From positions 1 to 64,000 of IMG/VR virus record IMGVR_UViG_3300012971_000018: a DNA stretch of 64,000 nt; one strand, written 5' to 3'. This stretch comes from a virus. Positions 20,043-29,417 of the stretch are shown here, in pieces; position 1 is the first letter of the stretch; the number at the start of each line of letters is the position of its first letter. The notes below the pieces were generated by a model. It was not told where the DNA came from and made no database searches. It saw only the letters and a program-made list of their open reading frames with translations. Both the position numbers and the translations under genes were made by a program.

Positions 20043-21626
20043 ATGAAAGTAGCGATTAGCTCGGGTCATGGCAAATACATCCGCGGCGCGAGCGGCAAGT
20101 CGTGCGGCTCGTGGGGGCTCGACGAGGTCGACGAGGCACGGCGTGTCGTCGACCAGCTAGCAAATGATTTACGGAGTGTCGGCGTTACGGTCTACGGACC
20201 GTTTAACGACGACATCTCGACCTCGCAAAGCGAGAACCTTAATCGGATTACGAACTGGCACAACAACCAGCCGGCCCACGACCTCGACGTCTCGGTTCAT
20301 TTTAACGCCTACCAATGCACGACCAACCCGATGGGGACCGAGACGCTGTACGTTACCCAGCAGTCGCTCGCCGCCAAGGTTGCGGCGGCCATCGCGACCA
20401 CCTCGGGACTAATAAATCGCGGTGCCAAGAAGCGTACGGATTTGGCGTTCTTGAACAATACCAGGGCGCCCGCGATCCTCGAAGAGGTCTGTTTCGTCGA
20501 CAGCAGGGCGGACGCCGATATCTACCGGGCACAATTCTCCAACATCTGTTCGGCGTTCGCGCAGGCGCTGTCCGGGCAGGAAGTCCAGCCGCAGCCGCCC
20601 GAGCCCCCGCAGCCGGGCGAGCCCCCGGTCCCGCCGGCCGGCACGCGGCCGACGATTAGCAAGGGATCGTTCGGGCCAAACGTGGTCTACGCCCAGCAGC
20701 AGCTTAACAGCGACTACAACGCAGGCTTGGATGTGGATGGCGATTTCGGCAGCAGGACCGACAGCGCGACGCGCGGTTTCCAGGCGTCCCGCGCTCTGGC
20801 CGCCGACGGGATCATTGGCCCGCAGACCTGGGACGCGCTGGAGAATGACAAGCCCCCCTACGTCCCGCCGGGGCTGCCACCGGTCCTGTCCGATGCCGAC
20901 ATCGAGAACATTACGCAGATCGCAATGAACTCCCCGATCGCCCGGTACAATTGGCGCGATCGGGGCATGGCCCCTCCCGGCTATACGAAAGGGTTCGCGT
21001 TAAGCTTTGCCAATGTCTACCGCAAGCTTAAGGTCGGCCACGCCCCCTCGATCGAGATGGCAAAGGCCAAGACCACCAACAGCAAGGACGTGCTCGTGGT
21101 CTACGCCGCCGAGTTCGCAGCGCTGGGAATGGACAACAACACCGCGGGCGCCGATACGCTGCGCCACCTCTACGCTCTCCAGTTGGGCCTTGGAATGCGC
21201 GAGAGCAGCGGGCGACATTGCGAGGGTCGCGATATGAGCGCCTCGAACGTAACTTCAGATACCGCAGAGGCAGGGCTGTACCAGACTTCGTACAATGCCC
21301 GTAGCTGTAGCCCGACATTCGGGCAGGAGTTTAACGAGTACGGTCCGGCCACCGGCAATCCGCAGGGCTTCTTGAACGTCTTCGCCGAAGGGGTCTACTG
21401 CAATGCGTCGAGCTGGCAGAACTACGGCAGCGGCGACGGCGCCAAGTTCCAGCGGATGTGCAAGGAGCAGCCGGCCTTCGCGGTCGAGACCTGCGCCATC
21501 GTGCTAAGGAACCTCTGTAATCATTATGGCCCAATAAACCGCAAGGAAGCCCAGCTTCGGCAGGACGCGGCCGACATGCTTATGGCCGTGCAGAACTACA
21601 TCGACGCGCAGGCGGCGATTGCCTAG
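20043..21626 (+). CDS. Modular endolysin: Amidase_3 + peptidoglycan-binding domain + lysozyme-like C-terminal domain
   Basis: SSGHG, E, SVHFNA, AILEEVCF; DGDFG..T...FQ....ADGIIGP.TW; RESSG...EAGLYQTS. Confidence 0.85.
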   Translation: MKVAISSGHGKYIRGASGKSCGSWGLDEVDEARRVVDQLANDLRSVGVTVYGPFNDDISTSQSENLNRITNWHNNQPAHDLDVSVHFNAYQCTTNPMGTETLYVTQQSLAAKVAAAIATTSGLINRGAKKRTDLAFLNNTRAPAILEEVCFVDSRADADIYRAQFSNICSAFAQALSGQEVQPQPPEPPQPGEPPVPPAGTRPTISKGSFGPNVVYAQQQLNSDYNAGLDVDGDFGSRTDSATRGFQASRALAADGIIGPQTWDALENDKPPYVPPGLPPVLSDADIENITQIAMNSPIARYNWRDRGMAPPGYTKGFALSFANVYRKLKVGHAPSIEMAKAKTTNSKDVLVVYAAEFAALGMDNNTAGADTLRHLYALQLGLGMRESSGRHCEGRDMSASNVTSDTAEAGLYQTSYNARSCSPTFGQEFNEYGPATGNPQGFLNVFAEGVYCNASSWQNYGSGDGAKFQRMCKEQPAFAVETCAIVLRNLCNHYGPINRKEAQLRQDAADMLMAVQNYIDAQAAIA

Positions 21627-23479
21627 GCGGTTAGCTCCAGACGGGAACCATCCTTGTCCTTAATGACGGTTAGGACGGATGTAAACCGGACCGAGTCGAC
21701 GCTTTGGTGGTCGCAGTAGAACACCATGCGGCCGAGCGTCTGCGCCCGCTCGACCAGCAAGTCCCCAAGGTCCTCGATGCCTTGGGGCGAGAGATGCTGG
21801 GTCGGCTCGTCGAGTATCTCCATCGACGGTTCGACCCCGGCCCGGGCGAGCAGGACCTCGGAAAGCGCCATCGCCCCGACCAGCCGGAGCCGCTGCTTCT
21901 CCCCACCGGACCAGCACTCCCACCGCACCGACTCCTTGTCGTGCGGACCCATAACGAAGACGTTTACCTTGCGCTGGATCGTCCCGGTCTTGGTCTCGCG
22001 CTCGACTGCGTAGGCGATCTTCCAGCCGAGCAGGCCGACGGCGTCGAGCGTCGCCGCGGTCGTTAGCTCCAGCTCGCCCAGGAAGTCTTCCAGCTCCAGC
22101 AGCTTGACCTCTTGGAAGCCCTTTACCCAGAACTTGGTGCACTCGATCTCTTCCCGGATGGCGGTTAGCTTCTTGGCGAAGACGGCAAGCTCCTTCGCCA
22201 GCGTGGACTTCTTGGACCTGTGTTCATTAACCTGGTCCGCATAGGGGTTCTTGGTCCGCGCCTGTTCCGCAAGATTGGTCTTTATCTGCTCGATCTCCGC
22301 GGTAAGCCGGGCGATCGTCGGCGTTAGCCGGTCGCGGGCATCGCGGGCATCGTTGGCCTTCTTCTGGAATGCGGTCTTGTGCTTACGGTTCGCTTCGAGG
22401 GCGGCCAGTTCGCGGTTAATCTTTTCGGTAGCTGTACTGCGCTCGGCGTCCAGCTTCGTCCAGAGGTCCTTGGTAATCTTTATCTTCTTGCGCAACTCGG
22501 TCCGGTAGGCGCTTAGGTCCGTTCCGATTAGCGACTGTCCACAGAGCGGGCAGTCGTCGGCCTCGCCGATCGTCTTTAGCTCTGTGGTTAGCTGGGCCTC
22601 GGTTTCTTTGTGGGACGCCATCTTGGTTAGGATACTTGCCCGCTCGGACTGGGACTTCGCCGTCGCCGTTACTAGGCGCTCCTCCTCGATAGCCAACACT
22701 TTGTGCTCGGTGCAGGCACCGTCGTATTCGAGGTCGAGGCCACCGCGCCGCTGCTCGCACCGCTCCCGATCGCCTTCCAGCCCGGCTTGCTTGGCCTTGC
22801 TGGCCTCGACCCACTTCTCCTGGTCCCCCTTCCACCGTCGCCAGTTGGCCAGCGCGTCCGCGAGCAGCTTCTCGGTGCTAACCAATAACTGTTCATTTAC
22901 CTCGGCGCCCCGGGCCAGCTCGGTCTCCACGTCCTCCAAGGTTTCGACGACCGACGCTGCATGGGACGAGTGCTCGTCCCACCGGTCGAGGCGCAGCGTA
23001 GGCCCGAGCAGTTCCAGCTTCCGGGCCGGCTCCAGGTCGAAGAACAACGGCCGGCCTTGGCCTAGGAGCACCGTATTTGTGAACACATCGAAGCTAAGCC
23101 CGATAAGGGCTTCGATGTCGTCGTTGCCGACGTCCTTCCCGTTAACGCTTAGCCGATTGGGATTTGTGGATCGGGTAACGACCTGTCGCTTGCCGTCGAT
23201 CGAGAGCGTAAGCGTAACCAGCGCGCCGCGCTGGCCGAACCGCGCCTTAATGTCGGGGTTGCGCAGCCCATCCGGCGTCCGCCCGTAGAGGCACCAGCAC
23301 GGCGCGTCCGCGAAGAACGTGGTCTTGCCGGTCCCGTTCGCTTCCAGCCGGGGCTCGTCCTGGTTCTCGCCCCTAACGAAGTGGACCCCTGGACCGAAGG
23401 TGCTTAGGACCAGCTCGTGGGGTGCACCGACAAAGCTCTTAAAGTGGTCGACCAATTGGCTAAGAAATTCTATTTTCAC
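21623..23479 (-). CDS. SbcC/Rad50-like ATPase
   Basis: Walker A NGTGKTT, CPLC zinc hook, coiled coils, SGGE signature, LDEP Walker B. Confidence 0.9.
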   Translation of the reverse strand: MKIEFLSQLVDHFKSFVGAPHELVLSTFGPGVHFVRGENQDEPRLEANGTGKTTFFADAPCWCLYGRTPDGLRNPDIKARFGQRGALVTLTLSIDGKRQVVTRSTNPNRLSVNGKDVGNDDIEALIGLSFDVFTNTVLLGQGRPLFFDLEPARKLELLGPTLRLDRWDEHSSHAASVVETLEDVETELARGAEVNEQLLVSTEKLLADALANWRRWKGDQEKWVEASKAKQAGLEGDRERCEQRRGGLDLEYDGACTEHKVLAIEEERLVTATAKSQSERASILTKMASHKETEAQLTTELKTIGEADDCPLCGQSLIGTDLSAYRTELRKKIKITKDLWTKLDAERSTATEKINRELAALEANRKHKTAFQKKANDARDARDRLTPTIARLTAEIEQIKTNLAEQARTKNPYADQVNEHRSKKSTLAKELAVFAKKLTAIREEIECTKFWVKGFQEVKLLELEDFLGELELTTAATLDAVGLLGWKIAYAVERETKTGTIQRKVNVFVMGPHDKESVRWECWSGGEKQRLRLVGAMALSEVLLARAGVEPSMEILDEPTQHLSPQGIEDLGDLLVERAQTLGRMVFYCDHQSVDSVRFTSVLTVIKDKDGSRLELTA

Positions 23480-23660
23480 GTTGTGCCTTCTCGATAACGG
23501 CCTCGAACCGGGCTATAAGCGCCTCGAATGCTATCTCGCGTTGCTCCAGGTCCTTTTCCTTGTCCTTAAGCCTACCATACCGAGAATGAATACCAGCAGC
23601 GTCCAGCCGACGTACAGGACACCCTTAACCGTCCAGCCCAGGAATACGATTGCGTCCATA

Positions 23661-23888
23661 TTATTCGTCCGGCTCGATCGTAATTAGGACGCGCTGCCCC
23701 ACGGTAAAATCTGGTTTGTCCATCCCCATGAAGAACTTGGTCCAGGTCCCCTCGAAGGCGACGTGCCATCCCAGGTCTTGGTAGGTGTCGATCGTCTTAT
23801 CTTTGTCGGCCGGGTCCTTTTCGGAGCGTAACAATTTGCGCTCGTAGGTTATCGCCATTATCCGGCTTCGGAAGTGCCGTGGTTTCAT
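23661..23888 (-). CDS. Hypothetical protein
   Basis: Purine-rich RBS; tight packing in leftward operon. Confidence 0.5.
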   Translation of the reverse strand: MKPRHFRSRIMAITYERKLLRSEKDPADKDKTIDTYQDLGWHVAFEGTWTKFFMGMDKPDFTVGQRVLITIEPDE

Positions 23889-23938
23889 TTTTCCTTTCCT
23901 CCTTCCATGCCGCGCTCTCCCATGCCACGTTTCCACAC

Positions 23939-24139
23939 CTATTCCATTTCTGGATCGGTAGGATTTGGACTGTTATGGGGGCTCTCGGTTTCATTTTGTT
24001 TCCCTTCCATTTCGGCACGGAGCAGGTTCCAGGCGTGGAGCACCAGAATGCCCCACGAATGCAATCCTTCCTCCCGTTCCTGTAGGATGCGGAGCAGCCG
24101 CTCGGTCGCTGCGATTTTCCGGTCCAGGCTGGCGCTCAT
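23939..24139 (-). CDS. Hypothetical protein
   Basis: ATGA overlap with SbcD stop. Confidence 0.5.
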   Translation of the reverse strand: MSASLDRKIAATERLLRILQEREEGLHSWGILVLHAWNLLRAEMEGKQNETESPHNSPNPTDPEME

Positions 24140-25119
24140 TTGCCTTTCCTCATTAGCTCCAGCCCGGTCTTAAGCGTCTTCTCGCCAATCCCCCGGGCCT
24201 TCCCATAAATCCTAACCAGCTCCTCGTCGGTGCGGACCTCGGTCCGCCGCCGGGCGGTAGCTTTGCCGCCGACGACGATAACCCGCGGCCGGACGTCGTA
24301 CATCCACCAGCCGTGCTGCGCACCGAAGCTGCGGATTTTCGCTTGCAGCTCGGGCCACAGTGCATGGTCATTCGTCTCGATATCCATACGGACCTTAACG
24401 ATATCGCCGTCGTTGGCCATCTCGGGATCGAGATCGTAAATCTGGTTTATTTCAATTAACCGCTTCTGCCGTCCCGGGACCGGGATCGAGTCGACGCGGT
24501 CGTGGTCGTGGGCGAGCAGAACCCGGGGACTGTAGTCGTCGCCGAAATCGATCGTATACGGCGCTCCGGCATAGATGATTGCTCCGCCAATGTTCTGGGG
24601 GATGTGGACGTCGCCACTTATGACAGTAGTCCCCGGTCCGAAGACGGACCTCGGGATACCCTCGGTATGGGGTCCTACTCCCTTGGCGCCTTCGAACGTC
24701 TGGTGGGCGAACACAAGCTTGGCGGATTGTAGATTTAGGCCCTTCCAGTCGCGTTGGTAGTTATGGGTGTGGGGAAGGAAGAAGGTCCCGTTGGTTCCGA
24801 GCGGCTTGTTTATCCACGATACGTTCTCGACGGAGGACAAGAAGCCGAAGAAGGGATGGTCGGGGTCGGTGTAGTCGTGGTTGCCTTTTAGGACACAGAC
24901 CGGAACGATAAGCGCTAGCCTGTGGATATGGGCGACGATCCGATTAACCAGTCGCGCGCCGTGGTAGTCCTTCTCGTCCGTTAGATCGCCGAGAATAACC
25001 AGCTCGTTGGGCTTGTGTCTGTGCACAAGCTCGGGGAGTGTCTTCTCCATAAACGTATGGCGGTACTCGTCCCGCGGGTTGGAGTTTAGGTGGATGTCCG
25101 CTGTTACGAGACGCTTCAT
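24136..25119 (-). CDS. SbcD/Mre11-like metallophosphoesterase nuclease
   Basis: DIH, GD..D, GNHD, AHQ, GDVH, YAGAP motifs. Confidence 0.9.
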   Translation of the reverse strand: MKRLVTADIHLNSNPRDEYRHTFMEKTLPELVHRHKPNELVILGDLTDEKDYHGARLVNRIVAHIHRLALIVPVCVLKGNHDYTDPDHPFFGFLSSVENVSWINKPLGTNGTFFLPHTHNYQRDWKGLNLQSAKLVFAHQTFEGAKGVGPHTEGIPRSVFGPGTTVISGDVHIPQNIGGAIIYAGAPYTIDFGDDYSPRVLLAHDHDRVDSIPVPGRQKRLIEINQIYDLDPEMANDGDIVKVRMDIETNDHALWPELQAKIRSFGAQHGWWMYDVRPRVIVVGGKATARRRTEVRTDEELVRIYGKARGIGEKTLKTGLELMRKGK

Positions 25120-25328
25120 TTTAGCTTCCGGTGCTTGTACTTGTCCTTAATCGTTTTGGAGAACTGGGAGCCGATGGACGCCGCGCGGATTAGCGCGGCA
25201 TGCGCTTCTGCGGGGACCCCGTCGTAGGCGTAGAGGCTACCGCCGCGGAACTCGACCTGTAGCTCCTTGCTCTCCTCGTCGTAACCGACTTTGGAGATGT
25301 TCGACGACTTTACCGGTTTGAGGTCCAT
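25116..25328 (-). CDS. KTSC domain protein
   Basis: V.SSNI..VGYD....L.VEF..G..Y.Y.GVP......L..A.SIG..F...IK. Confidence 0.9.
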   Translation of the reverse strand: MDLKPVKSSNISKVGYDEESKELQVEFRGGSLYAYDGVPAEAHAALIRAASIGSQFSKTIKDKYKHRKLK

Positions 25329-25331
25329 TTC

Positions 25332-25517
25332 TTACCGCTCCTTGTCGACCATAGCCAGGGCAGCGAGCACGAACCCGAGTATAAACCAGAACCACCATGG
25401 GACGTCGCCGCCCGGCCAGACCTTTTCCGTTGCCAGTCCACATACCCAGCCGCTAATCCACCAAAGCTGCGCGTTCGGCCGCACCAGCTTGCCTAGCCAA
25501 CCCCAAAGCATGTTCAT
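25332..25517 (-). CDS. Small Trp-rich membrane protein
   Basis: Hydrophobic segments; ATGA overlap. Confidence 0.5.
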   Translation of the reverse strand: MNMLWGWLGKLVRPNAQLWWISGWVCGLATEKVWPGGDVPWWFWFILGFVLAALAMVDKER

Positions 25518-25879
25518 TCCTTGTGTTCCCATCCCTTCGTCGGCCAGCGATGCTCCATCTCCCAAGGTGGCGGCATCTGCTCTTCCGGCGTCGGCGTCGG
25601 CGGCGGTGGCGGTGGCGGCAACTCCGTCTTCCAGCGCAGATCGCTCTTTGGCTGGTCCCGGCCGCGGTGCTGGCCTTGCTGCGCAGGAAACCAGCAACGA
25701 CGCCCATCGATCTCGCGCCACAGCCAGCGTCGGCCGATCGTGTCGCCGGGCGAGGCGCTGCACTCGATTACGCCGCCGTGGCTTGGGACCGCGAGCAGCA
25801 CCAATATTGCGATGCAGATCGCTATAACAGCGAGCGGCCAACCAACCCACACGAACCATTCAAATTTGCTCATCATCAC
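25514..25879 (-). CDS. Membrane-anchored Pro-rich protein
   Basis: N-terminal TM helix, C...WLWREIDGRRCW, poly-Pro. Confidence 0.55.
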   Translation of the reverse strand: MMMSKFEWFVWVGWPLAVIAICIAILVLLAVPSHGGVIECSASPGDTIGRRWLWREIDGRRCWFPAQQGQHRGRDQPKSDLRWKTELPPPPPPPTPTPEEQMPPPWEMEHRWPTKGWEHKE

Positions 25880-26406
25880 CCCGATTGTCCCGCCTTCCTC
25901 CTCGCTATGAACGGTTCGTTTATATGGCAGCGCGTCTTTAGCATCGTCCCGAACAGCCCGATAACAGCATACTTGTTCCGGATTACCGGATACATGTTCA
26001 TGTGGTTAATGCACTCGGTTACGACCAGTGCCGGCCGGCGGTTGCTCTTTACGATCATAATCGGCTGCTTCCCATACTTGGCAGCCTCGCGAAGGGTCTT
26101 GGTCCACCACGTCCGGAGCGGACCTTTGTTAAACAGCAGGAAGCTTTCCAGCCCGTAGTCGCGACGAAACTTAATCTCCACGAAGTAACGATCGGTAAGG
26201 GCAAAGCCTTCGGGGGAGATCGCGACGATGTCGCCGGCATGGCGGTCGAGCTTTATCCCGCGGCCGAAGGCAACCGTCGCCCGTCCTCCGGACATGGCGC
26301 TGCGCCAGAACACGTCCCGGCGTGGACCTGCTGCGCTCCAATGGGTTACCCACAGCGACAGCTTTACGCAGACCTCGCGCTCGAATTTCTGCCCCTTGTC
26401 GGTCAT
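25876..26406 (-). CDS. Holliday junction resolvase-like PD-(D/E)XK nuclease
   Basis: KG..FERE, GDI, FVEIK, WW...A...K.P. Confidence 0.75.
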   Translation of the reverse strand: MTDKGQKFEREVCVKLSLWVTHWSAAGPRRDVFWRSAMSGGRATVAFGRGIKLDRHAGDIVAISPEGFALTDRYFVEIKFRRDYGLESFLLFNKGPLRTWWTKTLREAAKYGKQPIMIVKSNRRPALVVTECINHMNMYPVIRNKYAVIGLFGTMLKTRCHINEPFIARRKAGQSG

Positions 26407-26615
26407 GCTCTAAGTTCCCGCGCGATAACGGACCGGGTCTTCCTCTGCCCCATCGCCGCCGACGAGCTAACAACGACCATTCGCTTGGTGCCTTGCGGGG
26501 TGGTAAATCTTATCTGGACGTGGTTGCCGTGCGTAGTCTTGCACGATATGTCGAGCGCACCCCCGGCACGAAGCATTGCCACGGCACGCTCGACCTGTTC
26601 TCGTTCGCGATGCAT
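26403..26615 (-). CDS. Hypothetical protein
   Basis: ATGA overlap with resolvase; basic 70 aa. Confidence 0.45.
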   Translation of the reverse strand: MHREREQVERAVAMLRAGGALDISCKTTHGNHVQIRFTTPQGTKRMVVVSSSAAMGQRKTRSVIARELRA

Positions 26616-26616
26616 C

Positions 26617-26844
26617 CTACCCACGATTATTCTCCCGTTTCCTGCTATCCTGGCATTGCTCCAAACTGTCTTTCTCCAGGCGCAAGGACGAAACGACAAG
26701 TTCCGCACCGCCGTGGTCGCAAAGAACCGAAATGCAGGTGTTAAGTCCATGGACCATGGCAGCCAATTCGCCATCCGTTACCGGTTCGCCACTACTCCAT
26801 CGCGCAAACGCATCTTTACGGTTCACAAGTTCAAGTTGGGCCAT
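26617..26844 (-). CDS. Hypothetical protein
   Basis: AGGAG RBS. Confidence 0.55.
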   Translation of the reverse strand: MAQLELVNRKDAFARWSSGEPVTDGELAAMVHGLNTCISVLCDHGGAELVVSSLRLEKDSLEQCQDSRKRENNRG

Positions 26845-26881
26845 ACGTATTCTCCTGCTATTGGAGCGTCCCCGACCTCCA

Positions 26882-27070
26882 TTACGGATTGTTTCTGTTC
26901 TTTATTTGCTGCACGACCTTATCGGCTACATCCAGTTGTGTGGCAGCGAGAGAGATTGCTTCCGGGTGCCCGGACGCAAGCTGGCCCGAGCCCAATAGCG
27001 TAAGGATCGCGGCTTGACCGGACAGTACCTGTGCCAGCAGCATCTTTATCTGGTTTAGATCGTCGGTCAT
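26882..27070 (-). CDS. Hypothetical protein
   Basis: ATGA overlap, helical. Confidence 0.5.
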   Translation of the reverse strand: MTDDLNQIKMLLAQVLSGQAAILTLLGSGQLASGHPEAISLAATQLDVADKVVQQIKNRNNP

Positions 27071-27495
27071 CTAGCAGCGCCTTCCAGAAGGATTAGCATG
27101 TTAACCGCCTCATGGCCGGGATCTAACTCCTCCAACCATGTGCGCGCGACATCGGTCTGCCAGTCGAAGCCTAGTGCCTCTGTTAGCATCTGCATCGCTT
27201 CGGGCGAGGGCACCTTGCCCCGCTTGGGGGAGGACATCGAGACGTGCAGCAGGAAGCCGGCCGGCTGCTCCTCGCAGGAGATCGCCACCCGCCAGTTGAA
27301 CGGCAGGATTATTGTCTCGATCCATTTCTCGATCTTGGGCAGCCCGGCACGCTCGTCGAGCATTACGGTGTCGGTATCCTGGTTGGGCGCCAGACCTTCC
27401 TTGAGCGTCGCCCAGGGGGTTGGCTTTGCTCGGGCTCTTGCGACGGCGGCACGCAACGCGGTTACCGTCTCGGATGGGAGCAAGAAGATCGTCAT
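27067..27495 (-). CDS. Hypothetical protein
   Basis: ATGA overlaps at both ends; E.QP.G...H.S.S motif. Confidence 0.6.
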   Translation of the reverse strand: MTIFLLPSETVTALRAAVARARAKPTPWATLKEGLAPNQDTDTVMLDERAGLPKIEKWIETIILPFNWRVAISCEEQPAGFLLHVSMSSPKRGKVPSPEAMQMLTEALGFDWQTDVARTWLEELDPGHEAVNMLILLEGAAR

Positions 27496-27842
27496 CGTTT
27501 GCTTCCAAAGATTTCGTCGAGGACGCGGTCGCGCTCCTCGTAGGAAGTAGCGCGGGCGTAGCGGTGCGCGATATCGGCGGCACGTTGCATATTGCGGCGC
27601 TTGGCGTGGCGCACCGTTGCGTTGTGCTGGCGCAGCGCGTCGGCGCTGGCGTAGCCCAAGGCGAGCGCGCCCACGTTCTCGAATGCCTCCTCCGGCGTGC
27701 TGCCGATGGCGGTGTGCCCCCCGATCCGACCATGCCACGTACCGACCGTGGCGTGGCACCATACGCGGCCGACCCACTTGCGGCCCTGGGTAATCTTCCA
27801 GTAGGTCTCGCTGCCGCCCGGCGGTCTAAGCGTTAACCTCAT
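27492..27842 (-). CDS. Hypothetical protein
   Basis: ATGA overlaps at both ends. Confidence 0.6.
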   Translation of the reverse strand: MRLTLRPPGGSETYWKITQGRKWVGRVWCHATVGTWHGRIGGHTAIGSTPEEAFENVGALALGYASADALRQHNATVRHAKRRNMQRAADIAHRYARATSYEERDRVLDEIFGSKR

Positions 27843-28270
27843 CGGATTACCCGATAGACGCCGCGCCGCGTCTGCTTAAGCACCTTGGCGGCCAAAAGCT
27901 TGGCGATATAGTGCGAGTACGAGGGTTCGTGTAGACCGATCGTCGGAAGCAGCTCCCGTATCTTGGCGGTGGTTAGCGTCTCGCTATTGGTCTCGCGAAG
28001 AAGCGTGGCCAGTTGTCTTCTGCCACGGATGGACGCATGCCGCGTCGTACGGCCCGCACTATCGACCTCGGCCGCGGCCTCGCTGTTATCGGTAAGTGGT
28101 CGCGTAGCGCGGGGAAGGTCTGGAAGTTTAGCCGTTGGAATGACCTTGCCGTCCACGGCCGGCTCGACGTCCACGGCCCGCTGGCTAAAGTCGTAGACCT
28201 TTAGATCGCCCAATGCGCGGACGACGCGGCCCAGGTCGCGTTCGGTAACTTTGAATTGAACTTGGATCAT
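27839..28270 (-). CDS. Hypothetical protein, C-terminal winged-helix-like
   Basis: AAGGAG RBS; L.....VLKQTRRGVY wing. Confidence 0.55.
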   Translation of the reverse strand: MIQVQFKVTERDLGRVVRALGDLKVYDFSQRAVDVEPAVDGKVIPTAKLPDLPRATRPLTDNSEAAAEVDSAGRTTRHASIRGRRQLATLLRETNSETLTTAKIRELLPTIGLHEPSYSHYIAKLLAAKVLKQTRRGVYRVIR

Positions 28271-28466
28271 GAGAGTACTCCTTCGAGAGAAGTTATGGTG
28301 GGCAGGCTCGCTTCAACGCCACTCGGCAAATGGCTCCACTGTCCCTGCTTACGCTACCACCATTGCGGGGCCTCTGGCCCGGAGAGCAGTTGTTTGCCGG
28401 GGACCACCCGGCTTCGTCGTCTGGGATGCCAGCCCTTGGACTAGCCGCTGGTTAGGCGGCGCGTTC

Positions 28467-28916
28467 CTACTTCTCCGGTTTGCTGCGCTTTATCTCCATG
28501 GCCTCGTCTTGCTTCCAGATGCGCCCCTGGTGCGTTAGCGAGTAGCTCCCGTTCATCGTGTCATGGGTAACATACCCGTTCCGCTCCAACATGGTAAGGG
28601 TGCCGGATGCGGTCGAGCGCTTAAACCCGAAGTCCTGCTCCAGGAATGCGCCCACCTCGTCGTGGTACCACTGGCCGGAAGCATTGCGCTGCATAATCGT
28701 AATTACGCATTGGTGCGCGGGCAGGCCGGCGACCCGCACCTTGGGGGTCGAGTGGCCGTTGCGGAATTCCTTGGCCTTCGCCAGCGCGGCCTCGTGGTCG
28801 TCGATCCGTTGCTCGACCATCTCGCTTACGACCTTGGAGACAACGCCGTCCTCCTGTAGCCGGAGGATGCAGCCGTAGTTGTGGCTGTCGATAACAAAGC
28901 TAACCCGCATTTTCAT
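28467..28916 (-). CDS. Hypothetical protein, winged-helix-like
   Basis: GFKRSTASGTLTMLERNGYV......YSLT..G. Confidence 0.55.
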   Translation of the reverse strand: MKMRVSFVIDSHNYGCILRLQEDGVVSKVVSEMVEQRIDDHEAALAKAKEFRNGHSTPKVRVAGLPAHQCVITIMQRNASGQWYHDEVGAFLEQDFGFKRSTASGTLTMLERNGYVTHDTMNGSYSLTHQGRIWKQDEAMEIKRSKPEK

Positions 28917-29329
28917 CGGATTTTCCTCCCGTTCCAGCGGGTGGAGCGGGTCGGCGTGCAGACCTTGGCCTTCTTGGCGGGGGCGCGCGCCTTGCGCGCC
29001 TTGCTTTTCCGTTGGTGCCGGATCGGCTCGACGCTAATCGGATTGGCGAGCACATCCTGCCAAGGCTCGATGTCGCGCTTGGACAGGACACCGCTGTCGT
29101 AGCTGGCGGCAATCGCCGCGCTCTTGGGCGGTGTCGGGAAGATGTAGCGGTTGGATTTGTACGTGAACCTAGTCTCGGTCTTGTCGACCGAGATGCGCTC
29201 GGTGCCGGGAATGCTGTACATGATCGCCAGGGCGAAGATGCACCAGTGGAGGCTGTTCCGTTCCGAATTGTCGATGCTCTCGCGCGTCGCGTAAATCCGG
29301 AACGTGGTTCGTTTCCTGCGGCTGGCCAT
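28913..29329 (-). CDS. Basic hypothetical protein
   Basis: GGAG RBS; ATGA overlap. Confidence 0.6.
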   Translation of the reverse strand: MASRRKRTTFRIYATRESIDNSERNSLHWCIFALAIMYSIPGTERISVDKTETRFTYKSNRYIFPTPPKSAAIAASYDSGVLSKRDIEPWQDVLANPISVEPIRHQRKSKARKARAPAKKAKVCTPTRSTRWNGRKIR

Positions 29330-29374
29330 ACGTTATCTCCCGACGGGGTTTTATCTACATATACTCATGCTGAT

Positions 29375-29412
29375 AAAAAGAAAAGGGGCAGAGGTTTCCC
29401 TCCGCCCCTTTT
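29375..29412 (-). terminator. Rho-independent terminator after DUF932 gene
   Basis: Minus strand AAAAGGGGCGGAGG-GAAA-CCTCTGCCCCTTTT followed by CTTTTT. Confidence 0.8.
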
Positions 29413-29417
29413 GTCTG

